From Spirochaetia bacterium (GTDB taxonomy: Bacteria; Spirochaetota; Spirochaetia; UBA9216): a stretch of 64,000 nt of DNA. The first letter of the stretch is position 1, and the number at the start of each line of letters is the position of its first letter. The notes under the pieces are model-generated. The model was not told the DNA's origin. It searched no databases and saw only the letters and a list, made by a program, of their open reading frames with translations. The stretch lies in the NCBI GenBank assembly GCA_965140585.1, contig OZ223269.1:928001-992000 (forward strand), in the 5' to 3' direction. The translations under genes were made by a program, and so were the position numbers. This document shows positions 10,212 through 19,010 of the stretch, in pieces.

Positions 10212-10739
10212 TTATTTTCTCCTTTTTGCAAAAACTTCCTGGTTCATTTTCCAAGTTTTCGTTTTATCATTAGTAACAAACGCTTCCCATTTAAATGATT
10301 CATCAGTTATATCTTTAAAAACCCATCTTGAGATTTTGCCTTTATCAATAAATGGTATTTCATCTTGAACTATCTCATCATTTTCTACAGTAACTTTAAA
10401 TACGTTGAACTGCGAAAGTATTGGTCCAAACCAAAATGCTTTTATATTGTTTTCTTTAAAATCATAGACTCTGATTGTCGTCCCATACTCACCTTCCGGA
10501 TATTTATCCGTTTTTCGGAGTTCTCTTAATGGACATATCCAATTATCTTGAATAACACGCCCTTCCAAAATCCATGTAAAAATCCATTCACCTGGAACTG
10601 TCCAAGTTGAGCCATCATCCTCATGTCCCACCCAATCAAAATTCCAGTTGCCAATTAGCGGAGCATATGGACGTAATTTCTCCTGATATTGTTCATGAAC
10701 ATTATCAGCTAGTAAGGACTTTATAAATGTGTTTATCAT
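10212..10739 (-). CDS. Hypothetical beta-rich protein
   Basis: LIGNW...GEWIFTWILEGRVIQD...GTTIRVYD; GGAG RBS before ATG 10739. Confidence 0.7.
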   Translation of the reverse strand: MINTFIKSLLADNVHEQYQEKLRPYAPLIGNWNFDWVGHEDDGSTWTVPGEWIFTWILEGRVIQDNWICPLRELRKTDKYPEGEYGTTIRVYDFKENNIKAFWFGPILSQFNVFKVTVENDEIVQDEIPFIDKGKISRWVFKDITDESFKWEAFVTNDKTKTWKMNQEVFAKRRK

Positions 10740-10852
10740 ATTTACTCCTATCGAATAAAAATCTATACAAGGTCTTTCATAGTTAGTAGCGAAGCACAGA
10801 TGCCGAATGTTCAAAATCGCAAAATAAAAAACTCTGATTTGGCACAATTCCC

Positions 10853-11512
10853 TTAACTAACAATAACTTTATACAGACATAATGAAATCGGCAAACTAAA
10901 AGCCAAAAAACCACTGATTGTATGACCCCGTGCTGACCATTTTGCAGAATTAGTAACAAACGTAACTATTGAATATGTGACTCCAAGAGGAAATGTAGAA
11001 ATTATAAAAATTACAGGATGATCACTTTGGATAGAAAACTGAGGTGCGATATGCCAAAGAGTAAAAAATATTGACGGAATAAATACAGACCACAATATAC
11101 TTTTAGGAAATACTTTAATATAAAGTCCTCTCCAAAATAATTCCTCACAATATCCATGAATTATTGAGAGTGGGATAGCAAGAATTATTATAGCTGGAAT
11201 CATTGATGGTAGCTTCGGAATGAAGTACATAAATATCGGTACCAATATTGTGGATGCAAATAATATTAAAATCCACCAATTCTTCTTCCTGAAAAGAGGT
11301 CTTTCATTTCTGAAAAAGCTGAAAAATGATCTCTTCGATGTATAAAGCGGAATTAATATGCACCATATTATGTAATAAAATGCAAAGCCTAATAGATAAC
11401 CCCAATACTTTCCCAGGGATTTAGTTGCAACATAGAAAACAAACGATGTAGTTAAGATCAAAAGAATGGGGAGTATTATAAAGAGTCCTTTTTTCGTTAG
11501 CATAGAAAACAT
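10853..11512 (-). CDS. CPBP-family intramembrane metalloprotease
   Basis: EELFWRG, FTLWH motifs; multiple TMs. Confidence 0.85.
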   Translation of the reverse strand: MFSMLTKKGLFIILPILLILTTSFVFYVATKSLGKYWGYLLGFAFYYIIWCILIPLYTSKRSFFSFFRNERPLFRKKNWWILILFASTILVPIFMYFIPKLPSMIPAIIILAIPLSIIHGYCEELFWRGLYIKVFPKSILWSVFIPSIFFTLWHIAPQFSIQSDHPVIFIISTFPLGVTYSIVTFVTNSAKWSARGHTISGFLAFSLPISLCLYKVIVS

Positions 11513-11582
11513 TATTTAGCTCTCCAATCTGCTATAGATAGCATATTCTTTTTATTCATATAAATTATTTTGCGTTTATTTC

Positions 11583-11671
11583 CAATAATGTTTCAGAAAT
11601 ATGCGAAATGCGGCAACTTCGCATTTGCCGAAGGCCGGCCCATTGGGTGCAGTGCATATTTCTAGTTAATT
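11583..11671 (-). repeat. Degenerate attC-like site in inverted orientation
   Basis: Minus strand reads AATTAAC-T-AGAAATATGC...GCATATTTCT-GAAAC-ATTATTG (GTT box mutated to ATT); overlaps the SDR stop codon. Confidence 0.5.
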
Positions 11672-12453
11672 GTGTCATATGGTACAGGTTGAGTACCATC
11701 GATATCTTCAAAACCATATTCCTTAGCCAATTCAGCAGTTACTAATATTTGTCCAGTTTTTGATATTGGTTTTACATCAGAAGCCAAGTGTGAAATTGCC
11801 CTCCCGACGAACTGAGAGGATTCTTTTTTGGGATTGGGCTTCTTCTTGTTATCGTCAATGTAACCGGGATATAATGAAACACAAGTAATGTTATATGGTT
11901 TTAGTTCGACTGCCATATCCATAGACATTTTATCAACTGCTGCCTTTGCAGTACCGTAAATTACATTTCCGTAGTATTTAAGACTGGCATAAAACGAAAT
12001 ATTTACTATTAATCCTTGCTTTTGCTCAATCATCATTTCTGTGGCAAAAACACTTGAAACAAAATTTGAACGAACACCAACATGGTTCATTTCATCCCAC
12101 AACTCTATAGGTTGTTTCCAAAAAACTTCTTTCCACTTAAAGCCTTTATATTTAGTTCTGTTACGTAACCGATTATAACCACCCCAAGCATTGTTAACCA
12201 ATATATCCAGCTTTCCTTCTTTTTCTTTAATAATTTCAAATACTTTTTTTACTTCCTCATCTATCTCATGATTACATGCTAATGCAATACCTTTTCCGCC
12301 AGCAGCAGTAATACCCTTTACATCTTTGTCGGTTATACTTCTGCCTGTTACATAGACAGTTGCTCCTGCTTCACCTAAACCGATTGCGATTCCTTTGCCA
12401 ACGTTACGGGTTCCGCCTGTTACAAGCGCAACTTTCCCTTTAAGATTTTTCAT
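11662..12453 (-). CDS. Short-chain dehydrogenase/reductase (DHRS1-like)
   Basis: VTGGTRNVGKG, LDILVNNA, YGTAK. Confidence 0.92.
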   Translation of the reverse strand: MKNLKGKVALVTGGTRNVGKGIAIGLGEAGATVYVTGRSITDKDVKGITAAGGKGIALACNHEIDEEVKKVFEIIKEKEGKLDILVNNAWGGYNRLRNRTKYKGFKWKEVFWKQPIELWDEMNHVGVRSNFVSSVFATEMMIEQKQGLIVNISFYASLKYYGNVIYGTAKAAVDKMSMDMAVELKPYNITCVSLYPGYIDDNKKKPNPKKESSQFVGRAISHLASDVKPISKTGQILVTAELAKEYGFEDIDGTQPVPYDTIN

Positions 12454-12537
12454 TTTGTCTCCTGATTACCAATTTTAGATATTATTTTAGTTAAATTTGT
12501 GGTTGTTTTCTTGACCTATATTGCTATTTTTGTGTAT

Positions 12538-12780
12538 TTAACCAAAATATATTGCACAGCCATAGTTATTTATCTTTCTTATGTTGTGAACTAAGCAATA
12601 TAATAGCCATTGCGTATTTACCTTCTTTTTACTCCGTAATGTGAAATGATTTAATTATAATACTCCACTTAAATGACCAAATATGGATTCAACTGTCCCC
12701 ATCCTCTTACTATAAATGCTCCAGCCTTCTACAGTATCAAATCGTTTTTTTATTTTTGATGTAAACGACTCTTTGCTCCT
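12538..12780 (-). pseudogene. IS1182-family transposase C-terminal remnant
   Basis: Manual translation: YSKRMGTVESIFGH..*..FTLRSKKKVNTQWLLYCLVHNIRKI. Confidence 0.8.
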
Positions 12781-12833
12781 AGGATGTGCAAAGCTGTTAT
12801 ATCATTCTTGTCGATACACTCAATATTTTTTTA

Positions 12834-13046
12834 TTATCCCCAAAAACAACAATACTCATCCTTCTCAACTATTTCTATAAATTCTTCAAGTTTATCTACA
12901 ATTGGAGCAGTTTCGTATATATGCCATTTTAGATCACTTCTCATCCATAATATTTTCCATTTTTTCTTAGTAGCTACATATGTTGTTTTGGCTATATCAT
13001 GATTGTGAATTATATCTCTATTATCCCATTGCGGCCTAATCTCAAA
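12834..13046 (-). pseudogene. DUF3024-like protein, 5'-truncated
   Basis: Manual translation: FEIRPQWDN...IAKTTYVATKKKWKILWMRSDLKWHIY...DEYCCFWG*. Confidence 0.7.
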
Positions 13047-13219
13047 TGCATTGGCCTATTCCATGGAGATGAGAATAAAGATATTGATACTTATTATAAA
13101 AATCAAACATCAGGAGCAAGCAATATTGTTGAGCAAGCTGATAATAGCAAATGGATAGAGCATTATGAAGAATATGAAAGGGAAATTGCAGCTCTTGAAT
13201 CTTTGCCTATTATTATAAA

Positions 13220-13386
13220 CCTGAATCCGTATCAATCAAGGGGAAAATAAAAATTATTTCTTTGATATACAGAGAATAAGCATATTTTCATACGTTCACC
13301 TATTGGGTGAAACCCAATATCATGGATATTTCCATATAAAACAATGAATTAGCATTTGTCCTTTTGGCTTTTTATACGGATTCAGG
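13220..13386. mobile_element. MITE, possibly IS1380-derived
   Basis: Perfect terminal IR CCTGAATCCGTAT/ATACGGATTCAGG; 167 bp with no internal ORF. Confidence 0.65.
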
Positions 13387-13535
13387 TGAAAATAGAATAT
13401 GCTACTTAGAGGATAAATTTACTGGATTCTTATAGGATTATTTGAATCTTGTCAAAAAAATCTAAAATAAAATAAATTAATAGAAAAAAAAATTTAAAAA
13501 AGAGTAAAAGTAAAATTGATAAAAATAGAAATGGT

Positions 13536-13670
13536 ATTTAACAAATCGCTGAAACTGACCAAATCTTTGTCATGCTTTTTGCCTTCGGCCGTTCAGTCAC
13601 TGATCGTTCTTTCACTCAAAAAGCACGCCAACCCTTCGGGACGATTTGGCAGCTTAGCTCGGCGTTAAAT
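13536..13670 (+). repeat. attC site 7 (divergent family)
   Basis: ATTTAAC...GCTGAAACTGACCAAATC/GATTTGGCAGCTTAGC...GTTAAAT. Confidence 0.85.
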
Positions 13671-13788
13671 ACACGATGTTTTTCCGTTTAGGGAAATCCT
13701 TGGGTGTGATAGGATTGATTAAGAAAAATAAGATGAATTTCCATAGGTGCGCTGCCAACATCATTAGTTGAAAGCCATTATAAGTGGA

Positions 13789-13810
13789 AAATAGCCATCC
13801 ATGGCTATTT
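13789..13810 (+). promoter_or_regulatory. Stem-loop with ATCCAT loop
   Basis: AAATAGCC ATCCAT GGCTATTT. Confidence 0.65.
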
Positions 13811-13821
13811 GAAGAAAATAC

Positions 13822-13857
13822 TTGAAATAAGTTAGCATGCATGCTAACTTATATTGT
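13822..13857 (+). promoter_or_regulatory. TA promoter with perfect 26-bp palindromic operator
   Basis: TTGAAA-17-TAACTT; ATAAGTTAGCATG/CATGCTAACTTAT at 13827-13852. Confidence 0.75.
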
Positions 13858-14220
13858 ATGAAACGAGAAATTATCTTCTATGAAAAAGAAAATGGAAGAT
13901 GTCCAGTTGAAGAATTTTTAGATGATCTTGAGATAAATATTGTTAAAAAGATTACATGGACTCTAAAAATTATTGAAGAGATAGATATAGTTCCAAAGAC
14001 TTATTTCAAAAAATTAGAATCAACAGAAGAAATTTGGGAAGTAAGAATAAAATTCGCTTCAAATATATATAGAATATTTAGTTTCTGGGATAAAAATAAC
14101 ATAATTGTGTTAACGCATGGATTAATAAAGAAAACTCAAAAAACCCCTGCAAAAGAGATAAAACAAGCAGAAGAATATAGACGAGATTATCTGAGGAGGA
14201 AGAATAATGAACTTAGATGA
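13858..14220 (+). CDS. RelE/HigB-like (gp49-type) toxin
   Basis: FYEKENGRCPVEEFL...IWEVRI...YRIF...LTHGLIKKTQKTP. Confidence 0.88.
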   Translation: MKREIIFYEKENGRCPVEEFLDDLEINIVKKITWTLKIIEEIDIVPKTYFKKLESTEEIWEVRIKFASNIYRIFSFWDKNNIIVLTHGLIKKTQKTPAKEIKQAEEYRRDYLRRKNNELR

Positions 14221-14479
14221 ATATGTTGATAAAAGAATAAAAAAAGAAGGAATTAAAGAAGAAGAATTCTGGGAAGGGTATGAGGAATTCAAGATCGGTG
14301 TATTTCTAAGAGAAGCAAGAGAGAAAAATGGATTAACCCAGGAAGAATTAGCTAGAATGATACATACTACAAAGAGTGTAATATCAAGAATGGAAAATCA
14401 TTCAGAGGATATAAAATTATCAACAATTGAAAAAGTCGCAAAGGCTTTAGGAAAGGAAGTGAAAATAGCGATAGTATAA
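14207..14479 (+). CDS. HigA-like XRE HTH antitoxin
   Basis: LREAREKNGLTQEELA...ISRMEN...LSTIEKVAKALG. Confidence 0.88.
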   Translation: MNLDEYVDKRIKKEGIKEEEFWEGYEEFKIGVFLREAREKNGLTQEELARMIHTTKSVISRMENHSEDIKLSTIEKVAKALGKEVKIAIV

Positions 14480-14482
14480 AAT

Positions 14483-14506
14483 TCCAAAGACATCCTTGTC
14501 TTTGGA
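14483..14506 (+). promoter_or_regulatory. Stem-loop with ATCCTT loop after antitoxin stop
   Basis: TCCAAAGAC ATCCTT GTCTTTGGA. Confidence 0.65.
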
Positions 14507-14589
14507 CATATAACATAAACTTTCAGCTATGAAGAAAATAAGAAGAAAAAAATATTTTGATTTTTCTGAAATGAATGAAAAACATCGGT

Positions 14590-14728
14590 ATTTAACAAGA
14601 GATTTGGAGTAGTCAAAATTTATTGTCACGATTCTGGCTAAAGACGTTCGGCCAATGGGCCTCACTCCAGAATCGCGCCAATTCCGCGAAGACGCGGAAC
14701 AATTTTGCTACTCAAATCGTCGTTATAT
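14590..14728 (+). repeat. attC site 8
   Basis: ATTTAAC...GTTATAT. Confidence 0.93.
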
Positions 14729-14760
14729 TCAATAAAGGTAACGGCCGGTAACTTGGTCAA

Positions 14761-15071
14761 CACATTTCTAATAGATTAGTGTACAGCAGCGATTTATTAA
14801 GAAAAAGAGATTAGATTAGCTCCTGATTAAAATAATACGCCTAAAAGAGTTATAAGATTAAAGGAACTTATTGATTTTCCATTTCATTACAAATCAATAA
14901 GTCTTTATATTCTAATGACTTAGCTAACAATTGTCTATTTAAAGATGCGAATGATAGAATTATTTATAAAATATAGTTCCCAGGGGCTGAAAACAGCCTT
15001 AAAATGGTAAAATACAGAAAATTGTGTACACGTAGTTATTAGAAATTTGTATACAAAGCTCGGTCTGAACA
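14761..15071. mobile_element. 289-bp IR-bounded non-coding element plus orphan IS481-type end
   Basis: CACATTTCTAATAgattaGTGTACA / TGTACACgtagtTATTAGAAATTTG; 15048-15071 matches 37527-37550 at 23/24 nt. Confidence 0.55.
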
Positions 15072-15159
15072 TAAATTGTGTTTTAATTAAATATTTGTAG
15101 GAGAAGTTGCTAATTTAATGGTATAAGTAAATAATATTATAAAATTAAGGATTTAAGAA

Positions 15160-15873
15160 ATGAATGAAGTTGCAAAAATTATTTTAAAAAACAAAAATAT
15201 TTTATTGATTTTAATCTCAATTATTCTATTGGTGATTTTAAATTCTCTTAAAGATGTATTTTTTAGTGGTGAATTTTATGAAAGAACTAATAGATACATC
15301 AGCTGGATACTGGATCTCTTAATTATAATACAAAAAATTAAGTTGATTAAACATATATATAAAGATTTGATAGATGAAAATTATAGAGCTAATTTGAATA
15401 TCAAGAGGGCTATAATAAATTACATAAGTTCAAATTTGGCAATTGCAATACAAATGTTTCCATTTATTATAGGGTTTGTAGTAATCGAGTTGTTTAAAAG
15501 AAACTCTATTATTAATTTTAGTAATGAAAAAAATGATTTAATTTTTTTAATTGTTACGACTCCATACCTATATTTATTTATCTTTACTTTAGTGATAGCG
15601 TCAGTTGAAGATATAGGATGGTTTCCTAATACAAAAAGTTCATTCATGTTTATTAGAGAAAATAATGGTGAACTGTATAAATTGATAATTATATATTTGT
15701 TTCCACAAGTAATATTATATATATCAAATGCTTTTCTTCCTTTAGATAATCAAGAATATATTTTATATAAATCTTTAATTGAAGTTGTTAAGATATTAAT
15801 TTTCCCGGCATTATGTTATAAATATTTTGTAATTAATTTTAAGAATAAAAAACTTTTAATCAATAATATGTGA
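15160..15873 (+). CDS. Multi-pass membrane protein
   Basis: ~6 hydrophobic segments; AAGGA RBS. Confidence 0.7.
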   Translation: MNEVAKIILKNKNILLILISIILLVILNSLKDVFFSGEFYERTNRYISWILDLLIIIQKIKLIKHIYKDLIDENYRANLNIKRAIINYISSNLAIAIQMFPFIIGFVVIELFKRNSIINFSNEKNDLIFLIVTTPYLYLFIFTLVIASVEDIGWFPNTKSSFMFIRENNGELYKLIIIYLFPQVILYISNAFLPLDNQEYILYKSLIEVVKILIFPALCYKYFVINFKNKKLLINNM

Positions 15874-15888
15874 TATTAATAAAATTGA

Positions 15889-16027
15889 ATATAACAAGAG
15901 ATTTGGAGTAGTCAAAACCTTTGTCACAGTTCTGGCTAAAGACACTCCGCGCTGATCGCGCTGCGTTCCAGAACTGCGCCAAGCCTCGAAGACTCGGCCG
16001 GTTTCGCTACTCAAATCGTCGTTATAT
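15889..16027 (+). repeat. attC site 9
   Basis: ATATAAC...GTTATAT. Confidence 0.93.
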
Positions 16028-16116
16028 ACATAAGAGATTTTTATTGAAAATGAGCTTAAATAAGCTTGAAAAAACTTGTAGGATATGGTGAACAATCTAT
16101 TTAAAAAGGGGATTTA

Positions 16117-17313
16117 ATGAAAAGAATTATATTTTCTATTTTAATGACTTTTCTTGCAATCGGTTCTGTCTATTGTGATCCAATAGAAGACGTAATTGAG
16201 CAATCAAGACAATTGGTTGAAGGAAGACAATATAAGTCTGCAATGGATTTATTATACTCTATTGATAGAAATAATAGTAATAAAATTATTGTAATTGAGA
16301 AATCTAAGATATTTAGAAATTATTTTGCACAGAGTATAAATCATAAGATGTTTGGATTAAAAGATTTAGAAGAGAATGAGAATTTATATGATTTAAGAGA
16401 AAAAGGCGGGAAATTCTCATTATTTTTATTTGATGGAATAGAAATTTTAAAAACATTTTTAGAAAATGAAAATGGTGAAATATCGAATGAAATAGGGTTG
16501 TATTACAACTCGATATATTCTGGATATAGAGATAGCTCTAATGATCATTATGGAAATGTTAATGCATTAAGATATGAATATTTAGATGCTGCATATAGAA
16601 AATATCAATACTATGATCCAATTTCATGGGAAATTCTTGGAAAATATTATTATTCTAATAACAAAATTACCGATGCATTTACAATATTTAATAAGCTAGT
16701 AGAAAATGATCCAGCCAATCCAGAATATAATTTTACATATGGATTAATGCTTTTTAATAATAGAAATTATAATGAAGCAATTCCGTTTGTCGAAAAGGCA
16801 ATTGAGAATTATAAAAGAAGTGACTATAAATATGATGCAATAAGTATGCTTGGATCAATTTATTATAAAATAGATGATATCATAAACGCATTAGAGAATT
16901 TTGAACAAGTTATGGAATCAAATCCATATGATTATAGAATTTATGATAGATATGTTGATTGCTTAATAAGAAATGATGAAATAGAGAAAGCAATAGAATT
17001 TAGTTATAACGCTTTATTAATAGAACCTGATAATAGTTATATTGCCAATGCTTTGTTACCTGTATATGTAAGTAATAATGAATTGAAAGTTTTTCATGAA
17101 ATCCTAGAAAAATGTCTTAATGAAATTAATGGAAATACCTTAGCAGAAGCAAATTTTTATTTTCAAATAGCTAATGTTATGATTCAAGAAAGAGCTTCGC
17201 AGATAGAAATTAATACAAGCTTAGAAAATGCTAGAGAAAGATATGTAAAAGGAACAAATGGGGAACATCCAGCGATTGAAGCTATTAATAACTATTTAGA
17301 GAATAATGAATGA
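16117..17313 (+). CDS. Secreted TPR-repeat protein
   Basis: Signal peptide; repeated LG..YY....AI..FE....P patterns. Confidence 0.8.
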   Translation: MKRIIFSILMTFLAIGSVYCDPIEDVIEQSRQLVEGRQYKSAMDLLYSIDRNNSNKIIVIEKSKIFRNYFAQSINHKMFGLKDLEENENLYDLREKGGKFSLFLFDGIEILKTFLENENGEISNEIGLYYNSIYSGYRDSSNDHYGNVNALRYEYLDAAYRKYQYYDPISWEILGKYYYSNNKITDAFTIFNKLVENDPANPEYNFTYGLMLFNNRNYNEAIPFVEKAIENYKRSDYKYDAISMLGSIYYKIDDIINALENFEQVMESNPYDYRIYDRYVDCLIRNDEIEKAIEFSYNALLIEPDNSYIANALLPVYVSNNELKVFHEILEKCLNEINGNTLAEANFYFQIANVMIQERASQIEINTSLENARERYVKGTNGEHPAIEAINNYLENNE

Positions 17314-17322
17314 AATATTATT

Positions 17323-17461
17323 ATATAACATGAGATTTGGAGTAGTCAAAATTTATTGTCACGATTCTGGCTAAAGACGTTCGGGCAATGGCCCTCACTC
17401 CAGAATCGCGCCAATTCCGCGAAGACGCGGATCAATTTTGCTACTCAAATCGTCGTTCTAC
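17323..17461 (+). repeat. attC site 10
   Basis: ATATAAC...GTTCTAC. Confidence 0.92.
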
Positions 17462-17570
17462 GGCCAATTATAGAGGCTTCACAGTAGGTACTGAAATAAT
17501 AAAGAATATTGCATCAAATGAACCTAAATAATTAATGACACTACTATTAGCATAATCCATTAAAAAAGTA

Positions 17571-17605
17571 TTGACAAAAGGCACACATAGACTTAAATTT
17601 ACATT
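17571..17605 (+). promoter_or_regulatory. Sigma70 promoter, likely leaderless
   Basis: TTGACA-17-TAAATT, ATG 7 nt downstream, no SD. Confidence 0.65.
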
Positions 17606-17899
17606 ATGACTTTCAATTGGAATGACGAAAAGAATGAACTTTTGAAAAATACAAGAAAGATCTCATTTGAGGAGATAGTTCTCTGTATTTCCGAAGGAAA
17701 GATCGTAAAAGTTCTTAAACATCCTAATAGTAATAAATATGGCAATCAAAAATTATATTTGATTGAATATAAGAATTATATTTATGTCGTTCCATTTGTG
17801 ATAAATGAAAAAGATAATGAGATTTTCTTGAAAACAATATTTCCAAGTAGGGAATATACAAAAAAATATCTTTCTAACGGAGGGAATAATGAAAAATAA
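17606..17899 (+). CDS. BrnT-like toxin
   Basis: FNWNDEKNELLK..R.ISFEEI...FLKTIFPSR. Confidence 0.8.
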   Translation: MTFNWNDEKNELLKNTRKISFEEIVLCISEGKIVKVLKHPNSNKYGNQKLYLIEYKNYIYVVPFVINEKDNEIFLKTIFPSREYTKKYLSNGGNNEK

Positions 17900-18191
17900 T
17901 AGAGTAATCACTCCAATTGATAATGATGAATTAGAATTAATAGAATCAATTAATAATGATGAATGGTTAGAATCTGAAGAAGAAGAAAAATATATTGTCC
18001 AGGCTAAAGAATATGCAGAAGCTACTATTAAAAAAGATAAACGAATGAATATAAGAATCTCTGAAAGAGATCTAAAGAATTTAAAAGTTAGAGCTTTAGA
18101 AGAAGGTTTGCCTTATCAGACATTGGTTTCTATGATACTTCATAAATATGTATCTGGGAAATTAATAGAAAAATCCAGTAATTATAATTAG
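17889..18191 (+). CDS. BrnA/CopG-like RHH antitoxin
   Basis: RMNIRISERDL...GLPYQTLV..ILHKY. Confidence 0.82.
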   Translation: MKNNRVITPIDNDELELIESINNDEWLESEEEEKYIVQAKEYAEATIKKDKRMNIRISERDLKNLKVRALEEGLPYQTLVSMILHKYVSGKLIEKSSNYN

Positions 18192-18193
18192 AC

Positions 18194-18332
18194 GTAGAAC
18201 AAACGGTTGCAACTGTCTTGGCTATTGTCAAGGTTCTGGCTTAGACGTTCCGCGCTGAACGCGCTGCACTCCAGAACCTCGCCAATGCGCGTGAAGACAC
18301 GCGCCGCCAAGCAGCTGAACCGGGCGTTATGT
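18194..18332 (+). repeat. attC site 11 (variant)
   Basis: GTAGAAC...CGGTT(G)CAACTG(T)CTTGGC/GCCAAGCAGCTGAACCG...GTTATGT. Confidence 0.88.
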
Positions 18333-18401
18333 ACACATGACAAAATAGATAAAAACCACGAAATAATTGACTAATACCATCTCGTATGATAATATATGGT
18401 C

Positions 18402-19010
18402 ATGAAGAAGATTTATAACGAAAATAGTGACTTTCTGAGTGTAATAGGTACAACTGTATATCATGGGATGCTCACTGCTGATAGTGAAATCCAAAGTAAA
18501 GAATATTTAAAATATTGTTACGGTCGCAATCACGTTAGTAATATTAGAAGAGCAGTTGTAGAATATGAATTATTGAAATTAGGTAGTATTGGGGAAAATG
18601 CAATTCTATCGAAGGAAGAATATACAAAGAAGCAAACATCATTCTTTTTAAAGATGAATTTCAATGATGAACTAATACTTACTACATTTAGATTAAGAAA
18701 TAGGGGAGATTTCCCTAAGAAAGCGAATTACCGTGGTAATTATGCTGAAAACAATCAAATTTCTTTATTCCCTGAATATGAAGAAAAGGATTTAGTATTA
18801 CAAGATCAATCTTATGGAATAATTTGTTTTGGAAAAGATGCCGAAGGTATTTTTTCTTTTATTGGGTATCCTGATGAGAATAATAAAGAATGGATACAAG
18901 TTACAAATCTGGAAGATTATTTTAATATCAATGTTGAACCTGAAGTTTTTGTAGATGAAGTACAGCCGAAATTAAAGATAAGCCAGGAAGTAAAAGATGG
19001 AGTCATTTAG
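18402..19010 (+). CDS. Hypothetical protein, candidate toxin of a RosmerTA-like pair
   Basis: Overlaps downstream HTH-metallopeptidase; TTGACT-17-TAATAT promoter 7 nt before ATG 18402. Confidence 0.6.
   Translation: MKKIYNENSDFLSVIGTTVYHGMLTADSEIQSKEYLKYCYGRNHVSNIRRAVVEYELLKLGSIGENAILSKEEYTKKQTSFFLKMNFNDELILTTFRLRNRGDFPKKANYRGNYAENNQISLFPEYEEKDLVLQDQSYGIICFGKDAEGIFSFIGYPDENNKEWIQVTNLEDYFNINVEPEVFVDEVQPKLKISQEVKDGVI

Noticed and set aside
12784-13250. Plus-strand ORFs 12784-13002 and 12999-13250 as genes
   Set aside because: The first is the antisense shadow of the DUF3024 remnant; the second is a chimera spanning a junction and ending in the MITE.
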